A stretch of DNA of 59,337 nucleotides. Source: a virus. Positions 52,465 to 59,337 of the stretch are shown here, piece after piece. The notes beneath the pieces are model-generated. The model searched no databases. It was given only the letters and a program-made list of their open reading frames with translations, and was not told where the DNA came from. The position numbers were made by a program, and so were the translations under genes. Location of the stretch: IMG/VR virus record IMGVR_UViG_3300045988_133192; one strand, 5' to 3'. Each line of letters starts with the position of its first letter. The first letter of the stretch is position 1.

Positions 52465-52835
52465 GAACTCTTGAAGAAATCGACCGCGATCTTGAAATCG
52501 CCTACGCCGACATGAGGAACTTTATTCACAGCGGCTTCTCGATCTCCCCGGTGCTGGAAGATGACATCGACGAGCTGCGGGACGAACGTGCCGCTGTGGT
52601 CAAGGCCATTCAGGACGCGGGCCTGATGCGATATGAAGTCTGCATCCTGCCGAAGCCGGAAAACACGTCCAGCTATTGTGCCGCGTTCTACAAGATCACG
52701 GCCACGAGCCAAAATCAGGCTTTCGAGCATGGCAAAGAAACCTTTATCCGTGGTTTTGCGAACTGCGGCGTCACCGCCGAAAATTTTGACGCAGGATATG
52801 ACATCGGCGTCACGAAAGGAGAAAAGATTGAATGA
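52461..52835 (+). CDS. hypothetical protein (124 aa, TTG start)
   Basis: Coupled to neighbouring genes on both sides. Confidence 0.5.
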   Translation: MRTLEEIDRDLEIAYADMRNFIHSGFSISPVLEDDIDELRDERAAVVKAIQDAGLMRYEVCILPKPENTSSYCAAFYKITATSQNQAFEHGKETFIRGFANCGVTAENFDAGYDIGVTKGEKIE

Positions 52836-53050
52836 AAGCACACGTTTCAAACGGCTGCAAGCCCTGCCCGTTTTGCGGAGCACCTGTCACGGTGCGCCTT
52901 ATGAGAAAAGGCCCTGACTTCATCGCCTGCACCAACAAGCGGGAGTGCGGCGCGATCGTCAGCTTTAACAATACCCCGTGCGACTGTTTCGGGGCATCCC
53001 CGGTGGACTACTTCAACAGGAGGGCCAGCGATGAGCAACTATCTGAATGA
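52832..53050 (+). CDS. Lar-family (restriction alleviation)-like Zn-ribbon protein
   Basis: CKPCPFCGAPVTV ... C..KRECGA ... VDYFNRRA matches the Lar-family layout. Confidence 0.6.
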   Translation: MKAHVSNGCKPCPFCGAPVTVRLMRKGPDFIACTNKRECGAIVSFNNTPCDCFGASPVDYFNRRASDEQLSE

Positions 53051-53459
53051 CCGCCCGGACGATGACCGCCGCCTTGTGACGGAAGTCTGCCCCAACTGCG
53101 ACAACGAGGTCTCGATGGTCTGGGACGTCGAGCAGAACGGCTACAAGGCCACCTGCCCATACTGCGGCGGCCGCCTGATGCTCTGCGATGAATGCCAGCA
53201 TCCAAACGGCGTATACTCCGACAACTGCGATTATGACGCCCTGACCAAAAGCTGCCGCTATAACTGTGCTGCCAACTATCAGGAAGCTGAAAAAGTGGTC
53301 AAGCTCCTGTCCCGGTTCTGCAAGGGACGGACGCAGCAGGCGGCACGGCTGAAGCTGCACTCTGCCTGCATCGGCTGTGGCTATGAGCCGCTTTGCTCCA
53401 AATGGAGCGGCGCAAACACGCCCATTATGTGGAGCTTCAAGGAGGATGCGAATGGATGA
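53031..53459 (+). CDS. Cys-rich multi-zinc-finger protein
   Basis: CPNCDN...CPYCGG...CDEC...CIGCG. Confidence 0.55.
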   Translation: MSNYLNDRPDDDRRLVTEVCPNCDNEVSMVWDVEQNGYKATCPYCGGRLMLCDECQHPNGVYSDNCDYDALTKSCRYNCAANYQEAEKVVKLLSRFCKGRTQQAARLKLHSACIGCGYEPLCSKWSGANTPIMWSFKEDANG

Positions 53460-53799
53460 TTGTATCGAGCGGGAGCCGCTTCTGAAAGCGTTCAAAGAAA
53501 AGTGCTGCCAAGACTGCCCCGGTGGATACAGTCACCAGCAGTGCCACAGTTGGTGCGATGCAGCAAGCGAAATCGAGATGATAGAAAATGCGCCTGCGGT
53601 CAACAATACGCCGCAACAGTGGCAGAATTCCAAGCTGCACCCGCCGACAGAAGCGGATGCGGATAGGATGGGCGGCATAATCGTTTGGGCAGCAGCAAGC
53701 AGGCACCTTGATGTTGTGTTCTGGCAGAATGTCGTACTCTGCCCCGAAGATCTTCCGTTCTGGATGCCTGCGCATGAGCCGAACAAATCAAAGGAGTAA
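53452..53799 (+). CDS. Cys-rich N-domain plus DUF551-like C-domain protein
   Basis: ATG 6 nt after AAGGAGG. W..S..HPP.E......GIIVW... Confidence 0.5.
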   Translation: MDDCIEREPLLKAFKEKCCQDCPGGYSHQQCHSWCDAASEIEMIENAPAVNNTPQQWQNSKLHPPTEADADRMGGIIVWAAASRHLDVVFWQNVVLCPEDLPFWMPAHEPNKSKE

Positions 53800-53802
53800 A
53801 AA

Positions 53803-54147
53803 ATGAACTCTATTCTTTACATTGACGATAGCGGCAAAGCCGAACTCTACGATGATGACTACAACATCACGATCTTTTGCAAGGACGAGCAGGAGCAGCA
53901 GCGGGCTATGAAGCGGCTGGAAACTGCCAACCGTATGCGCTGGCATGACGCCAAAACCGACCCGCCGGAGGACAGCCGGGACGTCATCGTGTACCGCGAT
54001 GGCATCGGCTCCGTGATGGGATTCTTTGACCACGAAATCCACAAAAGGTGGCTGGACGCCAACACCTGCGCATTTCTGGACGACGTCACGCACTGGATGG
54101 AAAAGCCGGAAGACCCGGAAAAAACGGAAGAGGGAGATCCTGAATGA
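53803..54147 (+). CDS. DUF551-like protein
   Basis: RWHDAKTDPPEDSRDVIVYRDG...VTHWMEKPEDP. Confidence 0.55.
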   Translation: MNSILYIDDSGKAELYDDDYNITIFCKDEQEQQRAMKRLETANRMRWHDAKTDPPEDSRDVIVYRDGIGSVMGFFDHEIHKRWLDANTCAFLDDVTHWMEKPEDPEKTEEGDPE

Positions 54148-54389
54148 AATGCACTTTAGTAAAACCGAATCCGTGTCCATTTTGCGGCGAACAACTGCAA
54201 CTTGTCACGGAGCTTTCGCCCATTGAAACGACATCCGGGAAGGTCATATCGGAATTTCGCATGAACTACTACAAGCACACCGAAACGGACAAGTGCCCGC
54301 TTGGGTATGGATTCGTGCTTGACGCATCTCCCGTCGAGGTCAGGAAGTGGAACACCAGAAAGGAGTCACAGCATGAGAAAGAAAATTGA
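54144..54389 (+). CDS. Lar-family-like Zn-ribbon protein (second copy)
   Basis: PNPCPFCGEQLQL ... DKCPLG ... VRKWNTR. Confidence 0.55.
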   Translation: MKCTLVKPNPCPFCGEQLQLVTELSPIETTSGKVISEFRMNYYKHTETDKCPLGYGFVLDASPVEVRKWNTRKESQHEKEN

Positions 54390-54750
54390 TGCTTATATCC
54401 TGCTGGACTTCCTTGAAGGGTGGCGCACAAGGCTTAAAAATGAGCAGATCATCGCCCTGAACGGAATTTGGGCCGCAAAAGTCGAGCAGTCCATCAAAGA
54501 CCTGTCCACCATCATTGACTTTGTTAAAGCAAATTCCAAAGCCTACGACAACGACAAGAAGAGACCGACAGAAATCAACGAGCAAACCATTGAAGCCGTC
54601 CGCGACTATATGCTGGCCGACCTCAAAAAGTACGATGCCGCAAGCGTCAAATACCAGTGGATGAAGCGCACTGGCGAAACGGTCACAATGGAAGTCAGCA
54701 TCGAAAAGTCTGAAGAGGAGGACGGCCATGAAGAAACAGCGGGCGATTGA
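54373..54750 (+). CDS. hypothetical protein (125 aa)
   Basis: ATG at 54373 after AGGAG. Confidence 0.55.
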   Translation: MRKKIDAYILLDFLEGWRTRLKNEQIIALNGIWAAKVEQSIKDLSTIIDFVKANSKAYDNDKKRPTEINEQTIEAVRDYMLADLKKYDAASVKYQWMKRTGETVTMEVSIEKSEEEDGHEETAGD

Positions 54751-55150
54751 CGCCATCGCCTTATATGAGCAGCTTTCAACTGAGGTCGGCTCCATGCTCA
54801 AACAGCCGCCGGGCATCATTGTGTCAAAGATCATGGCAATGGTCTTGCAGGCCCCGACCATCTCCCGGCAGCCTGACCCTTGGACGAACGTCGAAGATGG
54901 TATGCCCATCATTCCGGGCGACGTCAACGGCCACGGCGAAATCACCGTCGCCGTTATGTTCAAAACTGAGCAGCGGGTACACACGATGATTTATGAGCGG
55001 GCCATCGTCCGCAATAAAACCGTCTACCGCTGGAAATGGCCGTGGGATTTAATCTACCGCGACGGCGGTATCATCCGCTGGGCATACCTGCCGCAGCCGC
55101 CACAAAAACAGGAGGACGCCACAGATGGAGCAGCTGAACCGCAATGCTGA
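54728..55150 (+). CDS. DUF551-like protein (third paralogue)
   Basis: WTNVEDGMPIIPGD...ITVAVMF...IIRWAYLPQPP. Confidence 0.5.
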   Translation: MKKQRAIDAIALYEQLSTEVGSMLKQPPGIIVSKIMAMVLQAPTISRQPDPWTNVEDGMPIIPGDVNGHGEITVAVMFKTEQRVHTMIYERAIVRNKTVYRWKWPWDLIYRDGGIIRWAYLPQPPQKQEDATDGAAEPQC

Positions 55151-55337
55151 ACACTACGCAGACCCCACACCAGCAGCGGCCTTGAAAAACATCTACGCCA
55201 AAGAGGAAGCTGACCGCCTGCGCAAGATCAGCGCCATAATGGCAACGCTCAAACAGGCCGCAGATCTGGCCGGGCTTGAAGTCGTGGGCCGCGTCGTTTT
55301 CCGCGACAAGACCACAGGAAAGGAGTACCGCCGATGA
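55125..55337 (+). CDS. hypothetical protein (70 aa)
   Basis: CAGGAGGA RBS. Confidence 0.55.
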   Translation: MEQLNRNAEHYADPTPAAALKNIYAKEEADRLRKISAIMATLKQAADLAGLEVVGRVVFRDKTTGKEYRR

Positions 55338-55891
55338 ACCGCATCCAGACCGCCATCGTCACCGCGCTGCTGGCCGGAGCTGTCCCGCTCACCATACAGG
55401 GCAGCATCCTGAACCGCCGCATCAATGAGCTGGAAACCTATTACACAATTTATGCCGCCCGCTTTGAAAACTGGTCAGACCGGGCTTTGAAGGATGAACA
55501 GATCATCGAGGACTTGCAGCGGGTCAACAGCACGACCCAGCAGCCTGCGCCGGAAAGCGACCTGCCCGCCGGGATGGCCGCCGAATACGTCGGCGAATAC
55601 ACCTGCACGGCATACTGCACCGAGAAGCGTCCCCACATCTGCGGAACCGGCACAGGAATCACGGCCAGCGGCGCACCTATCACGGCAGACCTGACCGTCG
55701 CAGCAGACCAAAGCCTGCTGCCGTTCGGCACTGTTGTCTACATCGAGAACGTCGGCGTCCGCGTCGTACAGGACAAAGGCTCTGGCGTACAGGGCCGCCA
55801 CCTCGACGTGGCCGTATCTGGCAGCCACGACGACGCGCTGCACTGGGCAGGCTACGGAACGCACAAGGTCTGGGTTTTGAAAGGGGAGTAA
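55334..55891 (+). CDS. membrane-anchored 3D-domain (RlpA/MltA-like double-psi barrel) protein
   Basis: N-terminal TM AIVTALLAGAVPLTI. YTCTAYCTEKRPHICGTGTGITASGAP ... LPFGTVVYIENVGVRVVQDKGSGVQGRHLDV. Confidence 0.8.
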   Translation: MNRIQTAIVTALLAGAVPLTIQGSILNRRINELETYYTIYAARFENWSDRALKDEQIIEDLQRVNSTTQQPAPESDLPAGMAAEYVGEYTCTAYCTEKRPHICGTGTGITASGAPITADLTVAADQSLLPFGTVVYIENVGVRVVQDKGSGVQGRHLDVAVSGSHDDALHWAGYGTHKVWVLKGE

Positions 55892-55895
55892 ATCC

Positions 55896-56207
55896 TTGGT
55901 ACATGGAATCGGAATCAGCCTTACAGCAACGACGTTCGACCTGTCCAAACCCTTGGCCGCAATGGCCGAACGTGCAAAGCAGGATGGCTTTGAATTTTAC
56001 TATACCCGGCACATCGCCGAGGATATTTTTGAGCTGGAGCTGCGCCGGGACTACATCGGCGTCAAAACCAAAGTGTCCGCTGAATACCTACAAAAGTACA
56101 TCCCGCACAGTTGCTTAGAGGGCTTTTTGATGGGCGAGTATGACCGCTTGTCCTATATGCTGGGAGCTGTCACCGGCTGCAACAATGCCCCGGAGGACTT
56201 GAAATGA
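55896..56207 (+). CDS. hypothetical protein (TTG start; start uncertain)
   Basis: AAAGGGGAG lies 6 nt upstream of the TTG. Confidence 0.45.
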   Translation: MVHGIGISLTATTFDLSKPLAAMAERAKQDGFEFYYTRHIAEDIFELELRRDYIGVKTKVSAEYLQKYIPHSCLEGFLMGEYDRLSYMLGAVTGCNNAPEDLK

Positions 56208-58708
56208 CCTACAAAGAATTTTTGGAAAACAAGATCGACATCGCGCCGCTGTCCGGCATCGAAATTGACCCGTCGGAAATCAACCCGGTATTGAAGCCCC
56301 ACCAGCGCACCAGCGTTTTGTGGGCCTTGCGCGGGGGCCGCCGGGGTATCTTTGCCCGGTTTGGCCTTGGCAAGACCGCGATGCAACTCGAATGGTGCAA
56401 CCAGCTCCAAAAGCACGAGGGTGGGCAAACCTTGATCGTGATGCCGCTGAACGTCATGCCTGAATTTCGGGCCGACGCGGTAAACCTGCTGGGGATGACC
56501 GAGCCGCCCTACTGCCGCACTATGGCTGAAGTCAAGGCCAGCGACGCGCCGATCATCCTCACCAACTATGAGCGCGTCCGCGATGGCGATATTGACCCGC
56601 ACTACTTTACAGCTGTTTCGCTGGACGAAGCGGCCACCCTGCGCAGTTTCGGAAGCAAGACCTATCAGGAGTTCATGTTGAAATTTAAGGGCGTCCGCTA
56701 CAAGCTCACCAACACGGCCACGCCCAGCCCAAACCGCTACAAGGAACTGATACACTATGCAGGCTTCCTTGAAGTCATGGACACCGGGCAGGCGTTGACA
56801 CGTTTCTTTAAGCGCGACAGCACAAAGGCAAACAACTTGACGCTTTACCCGGGCCGCGAAAAAGAGTTCTGGATTTGGTGTGCATCGTGGGGCCTGTTCC
56901 TGCAAAAGCCCTCTGATCTGGGCTTTTCCGATGCAGGGTACAGACTACCGCCTATGAACATCCGCTATCACAAGCTGCCCAGCATCGAGCGGCCAGACGA
57001 ATTTGACCCGGACGGCCAAATGAAGCTGGGCCATGATGCCGCAATGGGCTTGACCGACGCTGCAAGGGAAAAGCGCGACAGCATCCAGATCAGAGCCGCC
57101 GAGTGCGCCGCAATCGTCAACGAAAGCCCGGATGAACACTTTGTCATCTGGCATGACCTCGAAGATGAGCGCAAAGCTCTGAAAAAGGCCATCCCGGAGA
57201 TGGTGGACATCTACGGCAGCATGGAGCTTGAAACCCGCGAAAAGCGCGTAATGGATTTTGCACAGGGCCACACCCGGCTGTTCGGCACAAAAAAGAGCCT
57301 GTCCGGCTCCGGCTGCAATTTCCAGCGTTTTTGTCACCGGGCGATTTTTATGGGCATCGACTATGAATTTAATGATTTCATTCAGGCCGTGCATAGAATC
57401 TACCGCTTTTTGCAGGACAAGCCGGTTATAATCGACATCCTGTACATGGACACCGAAAGTGAAATCCTGCTTGCCCTGCAACGCAAGTGGCATCAATACG
57501 ACGAACTGAGTAGAAAAATGGAAGAGATCATCAAGGAGTACGGCCTTGGCAGCCTTGCACTTGAATCCCTCAAACGAACGATAGGATGTGAGCGAGTGGA
57601 AATCACAGGGAAAAGCTATACCGCCATCAACAACGACTGCGTCGAAGAAATCAAAAACTGGCCCACCGACAGCATCGACCTGTATGTAACCAGCATCCCC
57701 TTTGGCAATCATTACGAGTACAGCCCATCTTACAACGATTTCGGCCATAACCCCGACGACAACGCATTTTTTGAACAGATGGACTATTTGACGCCGGAGC
57801 TGCTGCGCACCCTCAAACCGGGCCGCGTCGCTGCAATCCACGTTAAAGATCGCGTTCAGTTCGGCAACGTCACCGGGATGGGAATGCCCACGATTGAGCC
57901 GTTCCACGCCGATTGCATTTCTCACTTCATCAAACACGGCTTTGCCTATTTCGGCATGATTACCGTTGTGACCGACGTCGTGCGGGAAAATAATCAAACT
58001 TACAGGTTAGGCTGGACAGAGCAATGCAAGGATGGCACCAAAATGGGCGTAGGCTGCCCGGAGTACATTTTACTTTTCCGAAAGCTGCCCACCGACCACA
58101 GCAAAGGCTATGCCGACGTCCGCGTCACCAAAAGCAAGGAAGAATACACCCGCGCACAATGGCAGCTGGACGCACACGCATTTTGGCGCAGCAGCGGCGA
58201 CCGTCCTTTTGGCCGTGAAGATTTCGAAAAGGTTCCGACCTCGAAGCTGCAAATCCTGTACCGCAAGTTCAGCCGCGAGAACGTCTATTCCTACGACGAG
58301 CACGTCAAGCTGGCTGAAAGTCTGGACAAGGACGGCCGCCTGCCATCCACATTTATGGTCGTCGCCCCGGGCAGCTGGGATATGACCGTCTGGGACGACA
58401 TCAACCGCATGAAGACCCTGAACACCAGCCAGAGCCAGCGGCGCCAGCAGATGCACGTCTGCCCCTTGCAGATTGACATCGTGGAGCGGCTCATCAACCG
58501 CTACTCCAACCCCGGCGACCTTGTGGCTGACCCCTTTGCCGGACTTTTCACCGTTCCGTATGAAGCGGTCAAGATGGGCCGCGTGGGAAAGGGCGTCGAG
58601 CTGAACCTGGACTATTTCCGCGACGGTGTCGGCTACCTCGAAGCAGCAGACGCCCAGCAGAACGCGCCGACCCTCTTTGACCTGCTGGAAAGCATGGAAG
58701 GAGCCTGA
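56204..58708 (+). CDS. SNF2/SF2 helicase fused to a beta-class N6A/N4C DNA methyltransferase domain
   Basis: Helicase motifs: FGLGKTAMQLEW, VSLDEAATLRS, LTNTATPSPN, SGSGCNFQ, QAVHRIYRF. MTase: motif IV-like DLYVTSIPFGNHYEY precedes motif I-like VADPFAGLFTVPYEAVKMGRVGKGVELN. Confidence 0.85.
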   Translation: MTYKEFLENKIDIAPLSGIEIDPSEINPVLKPHQRTSVLWALRGGRRGIFARFGLGKTAMQLEWCNQLQKHEGGQTLIVMPLNVMPEFRADAVNLLGMTEPPYCRTMAEVKASDAPIILTNYERVRDGDIDPHYFTAVSLDEAATLRSFGSKTYQEFMLKFKGVRYKLTNTATPSPNRYKELIHYAGFLEVMDTGQALTRFFKRDSTKANNLTLYPGREKEFWIWCASWGLFLQKPSDLGFSDAGYRLPPMNIRYHKLPSIERPDEFDPDGQMKLGHDAAMGLTDAAREKRDSIQIRAAECAAIVNESPDEHFVIWHDLEDERKALKKAIPEMVDIYGSMELETREKRVMDFAQGHTRLFGTKKSLSGSGCNFQRFCHRAIFMGIDYEFNDFIQAVHRIYRFLQDKPVIIDILYMDTESEILLALQRKWHQYDELSRKMEEIIKEYGLGSLALESLKRTIGCERVEITGKSYTAINNDCVEEIKNWPTDSIDLYVTSIPFGNHYEYSPSYNDFGHNPDDNAFFEQMDYLTPELLRTLKPGRVAAIHVKDRVQFGNVTGMGMPTIEPFHADCISHFIKHGFAYFGMITVVTDVVRENNQTYRLGWTEQCKDGTKMGVGCPEYILLFRKLPTDHSKGYADVRVTKSKEEYTRAQWQLDAHAFWRSSGDRPFGREDFEKVPTSKLQILYRKFSRENVYSYDEHVKLAESLDKDGRLPSTFMVVAPGSWDMTVWDDINRMKTLNTSQSQRRQQMHVCPLQIDIVERLINRYSNPGDLVADPFAGLFTVPYEAVKMGRVGKGVELNLDYFRDGVGYLEAADAQQNAPTLFDLLESMEGA

Positions 58709-58710
58709 CC

Positions 58711-58974
58711 ATGAGCGAAAAAATGTCAACCGAGCGGGCCGCCAAAATCCTTGACCCGAAGCACCGGGAAAGCTATGAGAGCCTTGCTATTGTCGAGGAA
58801 GCCTGTCAAATGGGCAGGGATGCTCTGCTGCTGCGAATCCCGCGCAGCCCTTACAAAAAGGGCTTTGCTTGTCCGAACTGCGGTTCCAGCGACTACCTGT
58901 ACGGCTACTTCGACAAGCCGAACAAGTGCTGCGGCAACTGCGGGCAGGCCATTTTGTGGGAGGATGAAATATGA
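58711..58974 (+). CDS. Zn-ribbon protein
   Basis: CPNCGS...CCGNCGQ. Confidence 0.55.
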   Translation: MSEKMSTERAAKILDPKHRESYESLAIVEEACQMGRDALLLRIPRSPYKKGFACPNCGSSDYLYGYFDKPNKCCGNCGQAILWEDEI

Positions 58975-59156
58975 ACGACAAGAAAGAATCCAGGCTTTGC
59001 CCATTCCGGCGCAGCCTTATGAGAAATCATAAGCGCGCAGCACAAGGCGATATGCAGGAAACCTACACAGACCGTTTCGGCCATTGCGCCGGTACATCCT
59101 GCATGGCCTACAAAAACGGCCATTGCCTGCGGCTGGAAAAATCAGAAGAGCTGTGA
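58971..59156 (+). CDS. small Cys/His-rich protein (61 aa)
   Basis: GGAGGA RBS; ATGA coupling to the upstream gene. Confidence 0.5.
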   Translation: MNDKKESRLCPFRRSLMRNHKRAAQGDMQETYTDRFGHCAGTSCMAYKNGHCLRLEKSEEL

Positions 59157-59240
59157 TATAATATCCCCATCAAGCAAAACAGCACGAAAAGCCTGCAACG
59201 ACGCTTCTTTAATTTTTGGCGCAGACGAATTACAGAATCG

Positions 59241-59254
59241 CTCACATTTGTGAG
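59241..59254. promoter_or_regulatory. perfect inverted-repeat operator CTCACA-TT-TGTGAG
   Basis: The most symmetric copy of the operator family. Confidence 0.6.
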
Positions 59255-59282
59255 TATTTGGTTTGCTCCCGTTATCATGCGG

Positions 59283-59337
59283 GATGCGATGTTGATAGAA
59301 TAACCCCCGCGAGTTACAAATGTAAATCAAACTCAGC
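59283..59337. repeat. Terminal direct repeat copy 2 (identical to 1-55)
   Basis: 55/55 identity with the window start. Confidence 0.95.

Larger units (their letters stand above)
1..59337. mobile_element. Complete temperate myovirus-like phage genome (circular contig; unique length 59,282 bp)
   Basis: Identical 55-nt ends. Full set of lysogeny, replication, packaging, head, contractile tail, lysis and accessory modules with no flanking host genes. Confidence 0.9.

Noticed and set aside
1-59337. Terminal 55-nt repeats as prophage att sites or LTRs flanked by host DNA
   Set aside because: There is no host sequence outside the repeats; the window begins and ends exactly with them. The exact 55-nt length is typical of an assembler overlap. 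The repeat lies inside a phage regulatory region, not next to int.
1-59337. tRNA, tmRNA or rRNA genes
   Set aside because: While reading the intergenic regions I found no cloverleaf-compatible segment with a GTTCGAATC-like T-arm. The only gttcgaa strings lie inside the DGR TR/VR.

Overview
The window is one complete temperate, contractile-tailed (PBSX/XkdK-T-like) phage genome. The first 55 nt are identical to the last 55 nt (1-55 = 59283-59337). This is most simply an assembly overlap of a circular contig, giving a unique length of 59,282 bp.

Gene order:
- P(110) early operon of small ORFs.
- Lysogeny operon on the minus strand: cI-like repressor, a 44-aa ORF and a large serine recombinase.
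- cro-like and second HTH genes.
- Recombination/replication genes: DUF1351-like, RecT, SSB, replisome organiser/DnaD, DnaC-like loader, RusA.
- Sigma-r4-like late regulator.
- 7-deazaguanine DNA-modification operon: QueD-like, DpdA-like, YhhQ transporter and two ParB-N-domain paralogues.
- TerS/TerL, portal and head genes.
- Sheath, tube, a tail chaperone with a canonical A_AAA_AAC -1 frameshift, a 1530-aa tape measure, baseplate and fibres.
- A complete diversity-generating retroelement (target VR, avd, TR, RT).
- Lysis cassette.
- An ~18-kb early/accessory arm (43.2-59.3 kb plus 0-1.4 kb).

The accessory arm is transcribed from repeated promoter-operator cassettes. It carries very acidic small proteins, a reverse-strand RHH+YbjQ-like moron, a Bro-N antirepressor, HNH proteins, a MazG-like protein, Lar-like Zn-ribbons, DUF551-like paralogues, a 3D-domain protein and an SNF2-helicase/beta-class DNA-methyltransferase fusion.

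No tRNA, rRNA or CRISPR array was recognised. Most noteworthy are:
- the DGR: 14 TR/VR mismatches, all at TR adenines;
- the salvage-type dpdA module with adjacent ParB-like (possibly DpdB-like) genes;
- the dispersed single-operator regulon;
- a promoter-to-terminator candidate ncRNA preceded by a palindrome/iteron field;
- a ~100-bp duplicated element bracketing a 3-kb cassette;
- the helicase-methylase fusion with non-canonical catalytic motifs.

All functional calls come from motif recognition by eye, not from database searches.
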